A stretch of DNA of 63,909 bases, filler included, from Candidatus Fermentibacterota bacterium (GTDB lineage: Bacteria > JAFGKV01): NCBI GenBank assembly GCA_016928395.1. It is 6 parts of 6 records of this genome, joined end to end, with 100 filler letters (N's around TTAATTAATTAA, not from the genome) between each part and the next. Parts side by side here need not be neighbours in the genome. Positions count along the whole stretch, not along the records: positions 48,160 to 60,945 come from JAFGKV010000222.1; 5 more parts are not named here. One strand, given 5' to 3'. The first letter of the stretch is position 1. Each line of letters starts with the position of its first letter. Under the pieces are notes generated by a model. It was not told where the DNA came from, made no database searches, and saw only the letters and a program-made list of their open reading frames with translations. Position numbers and translations under genes: made by a program. This document shows, in pieces, positions 48,160-58,100 of this stretch.

Positions 48160-49254
48160 ATCGGTATCGACGATGCCCTTCGACGGGCGCTCACCGATTC
48201 GGTAGTGGCCTACCTGGGGGCCATGGAGGGCGTCCGGGATATCGACCGCAATGACAAGGCGGGCAAGGAGCAGATCGCCCTGGATATCGACTACACGACC
48301 CTGTCGCGACTGGGCCTCACGGTGGCCGATGTGGCCCGCACCCTCAGAATCGCCTATGACGGGGAGGTGGTGACTACGGTTCGGTACGGCGAAGAGGATG
48401 TCGACTTCCGGGTCACACTCAGGCGTCAGGAAACCTCCAGCCTCGAGGAACTGGGCCGACTCATGGTGCCCAACAATCAGGGAAGGTTGATCTCGCTGGC
48501 TTCGGTGGCGCGGTTCAGGGTGCAACCCGGCCCGGCGACCTACTATCACTTCGACCGAGAGCGGACCACCACGGTGACCGCGGATCTCGACGAGCGAATC
48601 GCGTCCCCCGTGGAGGTCACCGGCGCAGTGGTGCGGCATTTCGACCTGGGAAGCGGCTGGCCGGGGATGCGGTTCGCCATCGGCGGTGAGGCCGAGGAAA
48701 CCGCCGCGTCATTCCGGAGCCTCTACATTGCCTTCGGCATCGCCGTAGTGGCGATCTACCTGGTGCTGGTGCTCCTGTTCAATTCCATGACGCAGCCTTT
48801 CATCGTGATGGTCGCCATACCTTTCGGCATCATCGGCGTGATCATCGCCTTCGCCGTGCACGGAGAACCGCTGGGATTCTTGGCGCTGATGGGGCTTGTC
48901 GGTCTGAGCGGGGTCGCCGTGAATGACTCCCTGGTGATGGTCAGCCACATCAATGACCTTCGGGCGCAGAAACCTGAGGCACCGCTGCTGCCGCTCATCG
49001 CTCAGGGTGCCGCCGACCGGCTGCGGGCCATCATCATGACCACCGCCACCACCGTGGTCGGTCTGATCCCTTTGGTGTACGGGATCGGAGGGTCGGATCC
49101 GTTCATAGCTCCCATGGCCCTGGCACTCGGGTATGGCTTGCTGTTCGCAACACCGCTCACGGTGGCGTTCGTTCCGTGCATTTACGCTGCTCGAGCCGAC
49201 ATCATGACCATCGGCAACCGGCTCTTCCGCAGGGGCCACACGCCCGTCATGTGA
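48160..49254 (+). CDS. RND efflux permease (AcrB/D/F family), 5' truncated
   Basis: GVAVNDSLVM, RLRAIIMT and PMALAL motifs. Confidence 0.92.
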   Translation: MGIDDALRRALTDSVVAYLGAMEGVRDIDRNDKAGKEQIALDIDYTTLSRLGLTVADVARTLRIAYDGEVVTTVRYGEEDVDFRVTLRRQETSSLEELGRLMVPNNQGRLISLASVARFRVQPGPATYYHFDRERTTTVTADLDERIASPVEVTGAVVRHFDLGSGWPGMRFAIGGEAEETAASFRSLYIAFGIAVVAIYLVLVLLFNSMTQPFIVMVAIPFGIIGVIIAFAVHGEPLGFLALMGLVGLSGVAVNDSLVMVSHINDLRAQKPEAPLLPLIAQGAADRLRAIIMTTATTVVGLIPLVYGIGGSDPFIAPMALALGYGLLFATPLTVAFVPCIYAARADIMTIGNRLFRRGHTPVM

Positions 49255-49291
49255 TCCCGCGGAAACCCTCAACCCTGCGACGCAGAGCTGA

Positions 49292-50734
49292 ATGGAGACT
49301 GCCATGCGAATGCGCTACTTCCTGCTCCTTATCGTGGTCACACCCTGTGCAAGCCTCGCGCAGGGTGTGACACTGGCCGACCTCCTGCAGACCGTGCGGG
49401 AGGGGCATCCCCTGTTCGGCCGTGAGTCACGGGCGGTGGAGATCGAGGCGACCTCCCGTGAACGGGCATTGGCCGCCCAAGACTGGAACCTGATCTCCCG
49501 TGCCTTCTACGCATACCAAGAGCCCCCGGGAGAGGATCTCTTCTCCCCGTCGTCGGTGCACGGCAGCGGGATCAACGTCAACCTGGATAAGGTCTTCTAC
49601 AACACCGGCGGCCGCCTGTCCGTCAAGGTGAGCCACTCCTACATCGATCAGGATCTGCCGTTCCTCGATTTCGGCGCCGACCCCTTCCGGGCCGGCCTGC
49701 CCTACTACTACCAGACCGAGGCCTACCTCACCTACTCCCAGCCCCTCTGGCAGAACCGGGGTGGAACCCTCGACCGGCTGGAGTACGAGCTGGCGGATTT
49801 CTCCGTAGAGCTGGCCCGGCTGCGTGCCGCGGAAAACCAGGAGGGGTTTCTCTTGGAGGTGGGGCTGCGTTACCTGGACTGGGCGGCATACCTCGAGCAG
49901 TCCGCCATCGTCAAGGCCCGCCATGACCTGGCTCAGGAGCAGCTCAGCCAGGTGCGCCGGCGAAGAGAGCTGAATCTTGTGGATGAGGTCGACGTGCTCC
50001 GCGCGGTGAATGCGGTGCATTCGGGGGAGGAAGCCCTTGTGCGCATCGAGGCCCGCTACCGTGCGATGCAGGCTGAACTGGCCGAAATCGCGCAATGGCA
50101 GGACCTGTACGACCGTGCACCTGCCCATGACCTGTATGGGCTGTCGAACGTGCCGGAGTCGGACGACGCGGTTGCACAACTACGACAACGATCCCGGCTC
50201 CTGAGATCCTTCGCGGTCGCCGGGCGGCAGCTGAAGCGACGGCTGGCCGCGGCTACGGGCCTTTACGACCCCGACCTATCCCTGGATGTGGGCTACGGCC
50301 TCCGGCAACAGGATGAGGGTTTCGCCGATGCGTTGGGCGTATCCGAACCCGATGCCTTCGTGGCCCTGAGTCTCAGCTTGCCGCTGGGGCGACGGCAGGC
50401 AAAGTCAGACATCGAGAGTCTGCAGCTTGGGATCCTCCAGGTAGAAGACCTGGCACGGGAGGCAGGTATTCAACTGGAATCAACGCTTCGGTCGCTGCGA
50501 ATCGAGGTCGAGCGGATCGAGGAGGTGCTGCGCCTCGATGAACGGCAGATTGAATCCGCACGGCAGCGGGCCCAGGAGGAGCTGCGGCTCTACAACCAGG
50601 GTCGCAGTCAGTTGGCCTTCGTGATCAGCGCCCGGGATGACGTGGCGCGGGCCCAGCTCAACCGTTCGCAGAACGCGTTGGTCTACCAGAAGCTGCTGCT
50701 GCGATACCGCGAGCTCATGGACGAGCTGATTTAG
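49292..50734 (+). CDS. TolC family outer membrane protein
   Basis: Signal peptide; SQPLW, LSLPLG and YNQGR; helical OEP repeats; follows the RND gene. Confidence 0.85.
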   Translation: METAMRMRYFLLLIVVTPCASLAQGVTLADLLQTVREGHPLFGRESRAVEIEATSRERALAAQDWNLISRAFYAYQEPPGEDLFSPSSVHGSGINVNLDKVFYNTGGRLSVKVSHSYIDQDLPFLDFGADPFRAGLPYYYQTEAYLTYSQPLWQNRGGTLDRLEYELADFSVELARLRAAENQEGFLLEVGLRYLDWAAYLEQSAIVKARHDLAQEQLSQVRRRRELNLVDEVDVLRAVNAVHSGEEALVRIEARYRAMQAELAEIAQWQDLYDRAPAHDLYGLSNVPESDDAVAQLRQRSRLLRSFAVAGRQLKRRLAAATGLYDPDLSLDVGYGLRQQDEGFADALGVSEPDAFVALSLSLPLGRRQAKSDIESLQLGILQVEDLAREAGIQLESTLRSLRIEVERIEEVLRLDERQIESARQRAQEELRLYNQGRSQLAFVISARDDVARAQLNRSQNALVYQKLLLRYRELMDELI

Positions 50735-50848
50735 GGGATAGCCGAGGGAGAGCAGACCCACGATCAGGTCTGCGCGGTGTTCGCGCCGGGCCTGCTGCTC
50801 CACTATCAGGCTCGGGGGAACAGATGCTGAACGATCCGGTCAGCCTCG

Positions 50849-51751
50849 TCACGACCGGACATAGAGCAGCGCATAGGAGAAGAAGATCACCGCATCCGGG
50901 AGGAAATGGATACACCAGGGCCAGAGAAAACCCCTCGTCTCCAACATGGCCTTGCCCAACAGCCACGCCAAGAAGCCGACCATTAAGAAACCGAGCAGGC
51001 CCGGCGGCGAGCCGTGCAGCCAGTGCGCCAGACCAAAGTAGACCACGGTCAGGAGTAGCGTGTGGGTCTTCCCGATGATCTCATGCAAGGTGGAGAGCAA
51101 AGAGCAGCGGAAATAGGCCTCCTCGGTGAAGGCGTTGACCGCTGCCAGGAGCAGAGCGACCGGCAGGAGGGGCAAGGCCCTTAAGAAGACCTCACTCGAG
51201 GGAGCGATGCCGAGGATGGTGGGGATGGCAACAGCCAGCGCGGCCACCGCGGCAAAGATCCAACCGAAGGTTCTCCAGGATTCACCCGCTCGAATCCCCA
51301 GCCAGCGAACCGGTTCGATCGGGGCATTCACCTGACCCTTGACCAAGAAGAAGGCCCTGCGGTCACGCTTCATCAACCATAAGACGGTGAGCACGACCAG
51401 CGCCACGATGATATCCAGGACAAAGACAGCCGCGTAGCCGGTGAAGAACGACACTCCGACGTAGTTGAACCGGCTCTGGAACCAGTCGGTGGTGCGAATC
51501 AGGCCAGTCAGGCTGAGGGAGAGCAGGAGCACCAGAAAGACCGCGGCATACTGCCAGAGCGGGCGGATGGCCCTCCAGGTCAGGCATAGCACCAGAAAGG
51601 ATGCCAGGAAGCCGGCTTTCGCCCATAACACCCAGGACGGAATAGCGCCGCCCAGCATCGTGATGAGAATGTCGGGCAAGTCGGAGACAACCAGCATGAC
51701 CACCCAGGCGGCCGGGATCAGAGCCGTCCTCAGTTCGCGTCCCGCGTTCAT
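50849..51751 (-). CDS. CPBP/Abi (CAAX protease-like) intramembrane metalloprotease
   Basis: NAFTEEAYFR, FGLAH and IHFLPD motifs. Confidence 0.88.
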   Translation of the reverse strand: MNAGRELRTALIPAAWVVMLVVSDLPDILITMLGGAIPSWVLWAKAGFLASFLVLCLTWRAIRPLWQYAAVFLVLLLSLSLTGLIRTTDWFQSRFNYVGVSFFTGYAAVFVLDIIVALVVLTVLWLMKRDRRAFFLVKGQVNAPIEPVRWLGIRAGESWRTFGWIFAAVAALAVAIPTILGIAPSSEVFLRALPLLPVALLLAAVNAFTEEAYFRCSLLSTLHEIIGKTHTLLLTVVYFGLAHWLHGSPPGLLGFLMVGFLAWLLGKAMLETRGFLWPWCIHFLPDAVIFFSYALLYVRS

Positions 51752-51917
51752 TTCCTCACCTCGTCGCAGAATGAGACGTTGCATATGGGATGTTTGTGCA
51801 CAGGCGCGAATGTATGGCTTCTTGGGTTCGCGTACCAGGTTCGCTCCCTGATCCAGGTACGGCACTTGCATTTGCCCATGATGTCTCCACCTTTGACAGC
51901 ATACCCGGGAGGTGAGT

Positions 51918-53015
51918 GTGCACCGGACAATACTTGTACTCTCCATCGTGATCGCGGGTTGGGCCGGGCAAGCCTTCACGACATCTGCTCATATCCACAG
52001 CGCTGACGGCGATACCATCGCCCATCGGACCGGATGGAGCGCATCCTTCTTCCCCGTGTTATTCTACGGGCCTGACTTGGGATTAGGGGGCGGAGGAGGC
52101 ACAGTAATCTCTCACGTGGACAGCGGCAATCCTCGACCACCCACCATCTCCACAGTCGCATTCTACACCACCAAGAACAAGGCGTTGGCCGTGGTCTCGC
52201 CCTCCTTCACTGCTCGCCGCGGGGCCTATGAGATCGAGGCGGCGCTCAAGTACTCCTCATTCCCCAGCTCGTTCTATGGCATCGGGGTGAATGTCGAGGA
52301 TGATGACGAAGAGGCCTATACGCTAGAGGAAGTCGGCCTGGAAATCGAGCTATACCGGCGCGTCTGTTGCGAGCTGCGGGCGGGGCTGCAGTACGAAATC
52401 GCTCACGATGGCATGCGTGAGTTCGACGAAGGAGGCGTCATAGCATCCCGGGCCCTGATAGGCGCGCGGGGGGGGCGACGGGCGGGCTTGGGGCCCGCCG
52501 CGGCATGGGATTCCCGTGACAATCGGTTCTTCCCCACGCGGGGAGGATGGTACCAGGTTCGCGGCCGGTGGTATCGAGACGAGCTGGGAAGTGAGTTCAA
52601 TTTCCACGATGTCCGGGTGGATCTGCGGCAGTATCTACCCTTGCGCACGAATCATGTCCTCGCCGCGCAGGTGTTGGGCGTGCAACAGGCGGGCGAGGTG
52701 CCGTTCAGCGAACTGGCCTCCATCGGGACATACCTTCGGGGCATCGATCCGGAACGCATCCGGGACAGGTCGCTGGCACTCCTGCAGGGTGAGTATCGCC
52801 TCCCCCTGCGCGGCAGGGTCTCGGGGGTGGTATTTGGCGGCGGGGGACTGGTGGGACGGTCGCTGAAAGGGCTGGAGACTTCCTCCCCCCTGTGGGCGGC
52901 AGGCTTTGGTCTGCGCGTCGCATTCGATCCCGTCCGCCGAATCAACTTCCGCTTTGATGTCGGGTTCAGCAGGTACGGGGCACAGCCCTACTTCCAGTTT
53001 CAAGAAGCGTTCTGA
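51918..53015 (+). CDS. BamA/TamA (Omp85)-family outer membrane barrel protein
   Basis: WDSRDN..PTRG, LRG, GFGLR and RFDVG motifs; terminal EAF. Confidence 0.85.
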   Translation: MHRTILVLSIVIAGWAGQAFTTSAHIHSADGDTIAHRTGWSASFFPVLFYGPDLGLGGGGGTVISHVDSGNPRPPTISTVAFYTTKNKALAVVSPSFTARRGAYEIEAALKYSSFPSSFYGIGVNVEDDDEEAYTLEEVGLEIELYRRVCCELRAGLQYEIAHDGMREFDEGGVIASRALIGARGGRRAGLGPAAAWDSRDNRFFPTRGGWYQVRGRWYRDELGSEFNFHDVRVDLRQYLPLRTNHVLAAQVLGVQQAGEVPFSELASIGTYLRGIDPERIRDRSLALLQGEYRLPLRGRVSGVVFGGGGLVGRSLKGLETSSPLWAAGFGLRVAFDPVRRINFRFDVGFSRYGAQPYFQFQEAF

Positions 53016-53142
53016 CTGGCCACCCGGCTGCCATTAGAGAACGTCGTAGAAGTGTCAAGGTGCTGCGCCGTCGCCGGCGTCAGCCCCTCCCGTCTAACGG
53101 ACTTCTCCCCGGGCCTCCTCGCACACAGTCTCCGGGGTGCCC

Positions 53143-53314
53143 GGAGGGGGACAATCCCCGCTGATTCGACGAAGTACTGGGCCACGTCCTCGACGTGTGC
53201 ACTGAGGAGGCTATCCGCATCGTATGAATCGATTGCGGCTTTGAGCCTCTTCTCAGCATTCTCGAGAATCGCGCGTAGGTCATGGTCTGAGAAGAGCAGG
53301 ACCGGCCTTGTCAT
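53143..53314 (-). pseudogene. N-terminal fragment of a hypothetical protein
   Basis: MTRPVLLFSDHDLRAILENAEKRLKAAIDSYDADSLL... is protein-like for ~57 aa, then degenerates. Confidence 0.4.
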
Positions 53315-53394
53315 CGGACGCGTCGCCTGACCCGCCGGGAGCGCTGGATACTGGTAGTGCGGTAGAGAACTGGCGATCGATCGGGCACGATGGA

Positions 53395-53418
53395 CACTAT
53401 TCCAATATTGGAATAGTG
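53395..53418. repeat. Perfect 24-bp palindrome CACTATTCCAATATTGGAATAGTG
   Basis: Variant of 1588-1621 with compensatory changes. Confidence 0.85.
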
Positions 53419-53574
53419 CGGCAAGATCGAACGTGTGGCCACATGAGCACACACCATGGGTGGAGTTCCCTTCGGGGTAGACGTGCGCCGGTTCACGCCA
53501 GCCCGTTTTGGTCAGCAGCTCCAAATGAAGAGACTGAGGACTCCGCCATCGTCAATGGCAGGAGGAGGTTACAG

Positions 53575-54075
53575 GGAACAGGGCATAGGTTCCGGGTTTC
53601 AGTGAGGCCTCTGGATGCGACTGCACCCAGGGTTTCGAGGTGGAGAGTACGGCCGGCAGTTGGCTGTCGGCTGTCAGCTATCGGCCCTCAGCTCACTCCT
53701 ATCTCCTCTCTCCTCTCTCCTCTCTCCTCTCTCAGGGTCGGCATCGGTATCGCTCTCGAGAGGCGTACCTTTCAGTACGAGTGCGTGGATGTACTATCAA
53801 ACGAGTCGGGCCTCTGAGGGCGCGGGGCGCACTCAGGTTTCTCAAGGATGAGAGTATGCAGCGCAGCGGGCGGGCAGGCGTTCCCGCACCGCTGGATGCG
53901 CGACAGAGTCCCGGGCAAAGCTCCGCGAGGAACCGTTGCCTCGTAGGGGCGATCGTCCCTGGTCGCCCGCCGCCGGCTCGGGGCCGTGTCAATATCGTTG
54001 TCGTAATAGTAGTCGTAATCGAGGAGCTGGGGCAGGGAAGGGCGAGTCGGCAATCCGCAGCCGGCAGTCCGGCCT
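53575..54075 (+). repeat. Mosaic repeat island C (cores at 53601-53650 and 53791-53857)
   Basis: Colinear with island A for ~390 bp. Confidence 0.85.
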
Positions 54076-54132
54076 GCTGCGCAGGAAGCACAAAACCAGA
54101 AACGGGAAGCCCTGTCCTACTCTATAGGACGC

Positions 54133-54957
54133 TCAGTCATCCAACAGCAAGAAGGTGTACTGCACGTTCCTCCAGCTGAGCAACGACAGGCGCACGCCAG
54201 GGTGCCCGTTGATGGCTCTGCGGGCGTAGCGCTCCAGCATGGCCCCCGCCAGGTCGAAATCCTCTTCCCTGGCATACCTGAAGTAGCACGTCGGCATGAC
54301 GTAGCTGTTCCCGGCGGTGGTTCCCCAATAGGGGATCTGACCGGAGTCGGGGAACTGGAAGGGCCGATAGAGGCCGCTCGCCATGAGCGAATCCAGGAAG
54401 TCAGCGCAGATCCAGGAGGTCTCCCCCGTCGTGCCGCATTCATACGAACATGAGAGCGGGGGATAGCGCCAGACCAAAGATCTCGTCAGTTGCATAAAGC
54501 GGTTCTGCCCGCCGGCCACCGAGATCGACGAATCCGTCAGGGTCACCGAAAACTCCTCCCTCTCCCCATTCAGCGTGAACCGAATCCACTCTACAGCGCG
54601 AGTGAGATCAACAGGGAGCATGGAGAAGGCGGGACCGATGGCACACAAGCCGATCTCCGGTCGGAGGGCGCCGAGGATTTCGACATCCAGCAGAGGCCCT
54701 ATCCTGGAAACTCGACAGGCAATACTGTAGTTGCAGCAAGGATACACGTGTTCCGTCGACATGAACAAGGTCGGCATTGGCTCCTCGCCGGGATGCGAGT
54801 GGCTCTCGCCAACCCAAAACGCGACGCGTCCTTCGATGGGCTCGAGAGCATCCCCTCCCGGGGATGTGTCGAATATGGCGCAGGAAAGACCGAGCATCAG
54901 GATCGCTACCGTGAGTGCTCCAAGGCCGCCAATGCGGAGGCTGTTTTGATGACTCAT
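54133..54957 (-). CDS. Hypothetical lipoprotein
   Basis: GAGGGAGG RBS; lipobox LGLSC. Confidence 0.7.
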   Translation of the reverse strand: MSHQNSLRIGGLGALTVAILMLGLSCAIFDTSPGGDALEPIEGRVAFWVGESHSHPGEEPMPTLFMSTEHVYPCCNYSIACRVSRIGPLLDVEILGALRPEIGLCAIGPAFSMLPVDLTRAVEWIRFTLNGEREEFSVTLTDSSISVAGGQNRFMQLTRSLVWRYPPLSCSYECGTTGETSWICADFLDSLMASGLYRPFQFPDSGQIPYWGTTAGNSYVMPTCYFRYAREEDFDLAGAMLERYARRAINGHPGVRLSLLSWRNVQYTFLLLDD

Positions 54958-55049
54958 GACGAATCCCTCCCTCAGTTGTCCGAGGTATTGCCTCCAGGGA
55001 CTCCACTAACCAAGAAATGAAGTACCGGTCCAACACCGCGCACTTCCCC

Positions 55050-56033
55050 TCACCTGTCTGTGGGGTCCACATCAAACGGAGCTCCGAACAGCCCGCCTGG
55101 TTTGAGATAGAGCACCCCACCGGTGTAGTCAAAGATCAGGTTGAATCTCCGGAGCGCGTCATTGCCAATGATACCGTCGGCGCCTTCCTGCTTCGATCTG
55201 ACTTCCGCGGGAGCGAACGCTGTGGGAACGTCATGGAGCGTGAAGCCTCCAAAACCGAACATGTGGATACGGCCGACACTTCCGTGGACGTCTCCGCTCA
55301 ACCCAGTCCCGAGATGGGAGGCCTCCAGACTCTCGGGCAGCGCGAACTTCATGGTATCGCGTACCAGAAGTACCACTGCCTCGCCGGCCGCCGAGTCGAT
55401 GTAGAGAACGAGCGGTATCGGCTCTTCGCCGGCAATGCTCACCTCTCCTTCGAGAAACGGGATGCCCTTCTTCAGGGTGATCGGCACGGCATGCCACGAT
55501 GAATCGGCCACGAATGACTCCGGATTGTGGAGTCTGATCAGCGCCTCATCATTATCGATCTCGACGACGAATGATCTGAAGAGCGAAGACCCGGCAACAC
55601 CGTCACTGCGAAATGCCTGTGTGATATCGCTCTGGGAGATGACCACCAACTGGCTATCGAATGGCACACCGCCAAAACGCAGCGTCATCGAGTCAGCCAT
55701 CAAGGCGTAGGTCGCGTCACCGCTCCCCGCGCCCCCGACTCGAACCGAATCCAGATCTTCACCCGGGAAATACCGCTGCGCCTCCTTGCGGAACAGATAC
55801 ACCCCATCGAAGGTCATGCCGGTGTCAAGCAGGATGTTCAACGTCTCGGCCTGGCTGACGACCAGGGGCAGGATTGTCCGGTTGCGCTCGACCCTGAAGG
55901 GGATCTCGCCGACTGCGCCGGGATCCGGCATGCCGTCGGCACCGTGCACGGCCGATGCCGACTGCGCAAGAGCCCCGGGCGTCAGAGCAGCAAGGATAGC
56001 GACAAGAGACACGTGCAGAAGTCGGTGCCACAT
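55050..56033 (-). CDS. Secreted two-lobed retropepsin-like aspartyl protease
   Basis: LLDTG and YIDSA motifs; DGIIGNDALRRFNLIFDY; GGAGGTG RBS. Confidence 0.85.
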   Translation of the reverse strand: MWHRLLHVSLVAILAALTPGALAQSASAVHGADGMPDPGAVGEIPFRVERNRTILPLVVSQAETLNILLDTGMTFDGVYLFRKEAQRYFPGEDLDSVRVGGAGSGDATYALMADSMTLRFGGVPFDSQLVVISQSDITQAFRSDGVAGSSLFRSFVVEIDNDEALIRLHNPESFVADSSWHAVPITLKKGIPFLEGEVSIAGEEPIPLVLYIDSAAGEAVVLLVRDTMKFALPESLEASHLGTGLSGDVHGSVGRIHMFGFGGFTLHDVPTAFAPAEVRSKQEGADGIIGNDALRRFNLIFDYTGGVLYLKPGGLFGAPFDVDPTDR

Positions 56034-56435
56034 GAATTCACCTCCCACAGCGGCAGTTGGTGTGCACAGAGTCAATGTAGGAGGTGACGAGCCCAATGGG
56101 AAGCCATACGGCGCCAAGGGGGTCCTATCGTCTTCCGACCGAGGCGCCGCGATTCTGTGCGCGGCCGCTTCACCCAGATGCCTGGCCAGACGAAAGCCCG
56201 AGATCTGGGCAGCTCAGTGGTGTGGTGACCTCACCCCGCGGTTCGTGGAGCCTGATCGAGGGGTTCGCAGACGGGCTGCCAGGCCAGGTCGTGGTCGCCA
56301 CAGACCGGCACGTCCGCTTTGCCGGGACAGAGGGTAGGTACTCGGGTTCAAGAACGCGCACACGTGCAGAGAGCGACAGGGCCACCAGCCAACGGGCGAG
56401 CCTCCAGACCTCACCGCCCGGACTGCCGCCCCGAT

Positions 56436-56700
56436 CTCCTCACTCCTCACTCCTATCTCCTCACTCGATAGACCCCTTCACTTCTTCACCAGTGGACGGC
56501 TCTATCGCCCGCAGCTTGGCTCGTTCCCAACGTCCATGAACCGGCCTCTGCAACCCCGAGTGGCACGTTTGAGCAGTCCCAAGATTACTGATGCAGGATT
56601 TGACCCCACGGGGTCCTCCCCACGGCCCGTTTCGGCGTGTGACACTCTTGGGACCTGCGGGACTGCGCTCCATCGCCGCTCGCCCCGACGCTGTCGGTCA
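56436..56700. repeat. Degenerate mosaic repeat region
   Basis: CTCCTCA heptamers, GATTTGACCCC, and a degenerate match to 38421-38454 near 56633-56670. Confidence 0.45.
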
Positions 56701-57237
56701 GGATGCACACGCGAGAGTCACATGCCGTGTGGCTTCCTCGCCATCGTGAAGCACCGTGAGCGTGACCTCGTCGTTTCCCTGGCATGGCTCGACCGCGCCT
56801 GCGAGCTGCCCGCTCGAGTGGACCGGAAGAGTGTTGACGATGAGTATGATGTCACCTGGTGGGAGCCCGGCGGCCTTCCCCGCTCCCCCCTCTGCCACGG
56901 CAGTCACCGTGATGCCATGCCGCTGCGCTTCGGAGGTATCTGTGTCCTTCACCCCGCGGGTGTGCACGCCCAGCGTCGCGATCTCTTCCTCGTCATCCGC
57001 CTCGTGAACCCCACCCCTCGGGGGCATGCTCATCGACAGCACCACAACCATGCCTTGCTCCCGCTCGATCTTCATGGGCTCGATGCGAGATGAGAGTTTG
57101 GGACAGGAGCAACGAAATGCATCCATCTCCGCCGATAGTTCGGGATTCTCGACGAACTCGTGCCGCGCCATGTCCGCAGAGGCCAACCCTGCAGACACCA
57201 GTCCGACGAACGTCACCTGGAGCAGTCTCGGTTTCAC
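56698..57237 (-). CDS. Small secreted PDZ-domain protein (possibly decayed)
   Basis: AGGAGGTGG then GTG; signal peptide; GITVTAV..G..AAGL..GDII...VTLTVLHDG. Confidence 0.6.
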   Translation of the reverse strand: MKPRLLQVTFVGLVSAGLASADMARHEFVENPELSAEMDAFRCSCPKLSSRIEPMKIEREQGMVVVLSMSMPPRGGVHEADDEEEIATLGVHTRGVKDTDTSEAQRHGITVTAVAEGGAGKAAGLPPGDIILIVNTLPVHSSGQLAGAVEPCQGNDEVTLTVLHDGEEATRHVTLACAS

Positions 57238-57544
57238 GCTGCCACCTCCTTCGATGCAGATCGTCGCAGCACTGCATGCACGCTTGCACCGACGATCTGC
57301 GTTGCTGGACCCGGTGCACACCGGCCTTCATTGAATAGGACGCACGATCTCCAGATTTGTTACACGGTCATTGTGTGTCGAAGCCCTGAATCACCTGGAG
57401 TTCATCGTCGAGGGGCAGCAAGAACCGCGCCATTCCGAAACGCCCCGCTGCAGATTCCTCCAATGCCATCCGGTTCCACCACCGTTCGCGGGTGAACGGT
57501 CCCAGTCCGGAATCGAACAGCCGGCATGGGAGGAATGTTGGGTG

Positions 57545-57867
57545 CTGAGGGTTCAGGGTTCAGTGCGGCCTCTGAGGACGCGGGGCGCACTCAGGTTGTC
57601 CGGGGTTGAGAGTACGGCGCATCGCAGATGCGCGGTGCCGCGGCTTCTCTGTGGGAGCGGCTTCAGCCGCGACACGCCACCCTTGTCGGGCCTGAAGGCC
57701 CTCCTACTCTGTCCATGGTCTTCGCTGGTCGCCCGCCGGCGAGAGAACTCGGGGTCGGTCTCGCCATCGGTGTCGTAATCGCAATCGTAATCGACGAGCT
57801 GGGCACTCGAGCGCGTGTACGTCTACGTGTGCGTCTACGAAGTAGTGCATGTTCTCTCAAACAAGTG
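57545..57867 (+). repeat. Mosaic repeat island D
   Basis: Core at 57562-57615; GTGGGAGCGGCTTCAGCCGCGA REP pair; GTCGTA/ATCGCA tract; orphan left end ATGTTCTCTCAAACAAGTG at 57849-57867. Confidence 0.85.
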
Positions 57868-58100
57868 GGGGGCCCCGGGCCCGCCCCGACGATACATGCT
57901 GCAACTTCCGGTGCCGCGGCGGGCAGTCACGGCGTAGGTCGGACTGCCGAATAGATCACCTCTTCACTTCTTAACTCCTTCTCTTCTTGACTCCTTCACC
58001 AGTGGCCGGCCTGGAAGCCTTTTCTGGGGGGCTCCCTATCTCAGTAAGTTCACATTGTGCCAACGTCCCCAGTCCGGCCTGGGATCAGGGATAATGCGTG

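Noticed and set aside
53601-53857. Repeated cores as a CRISPR array
   Set aside because: Only two adjacent degenerate units; the intervening DNA is itself repetitive; no cas genes.
54115-54130. GTCCTACTCTATAGGAC as a third PadR site
   Set aside because: Half-sites are in the opposite arrangement and the site is at a gene 3' end; more likely a small hairpin.
56200-56420. Possible decayed PIN-toxin fragment (GKADVPVCGDHDL on the minus strand)
   Set aside because: The motif is too short and frameshifted to support without a search.
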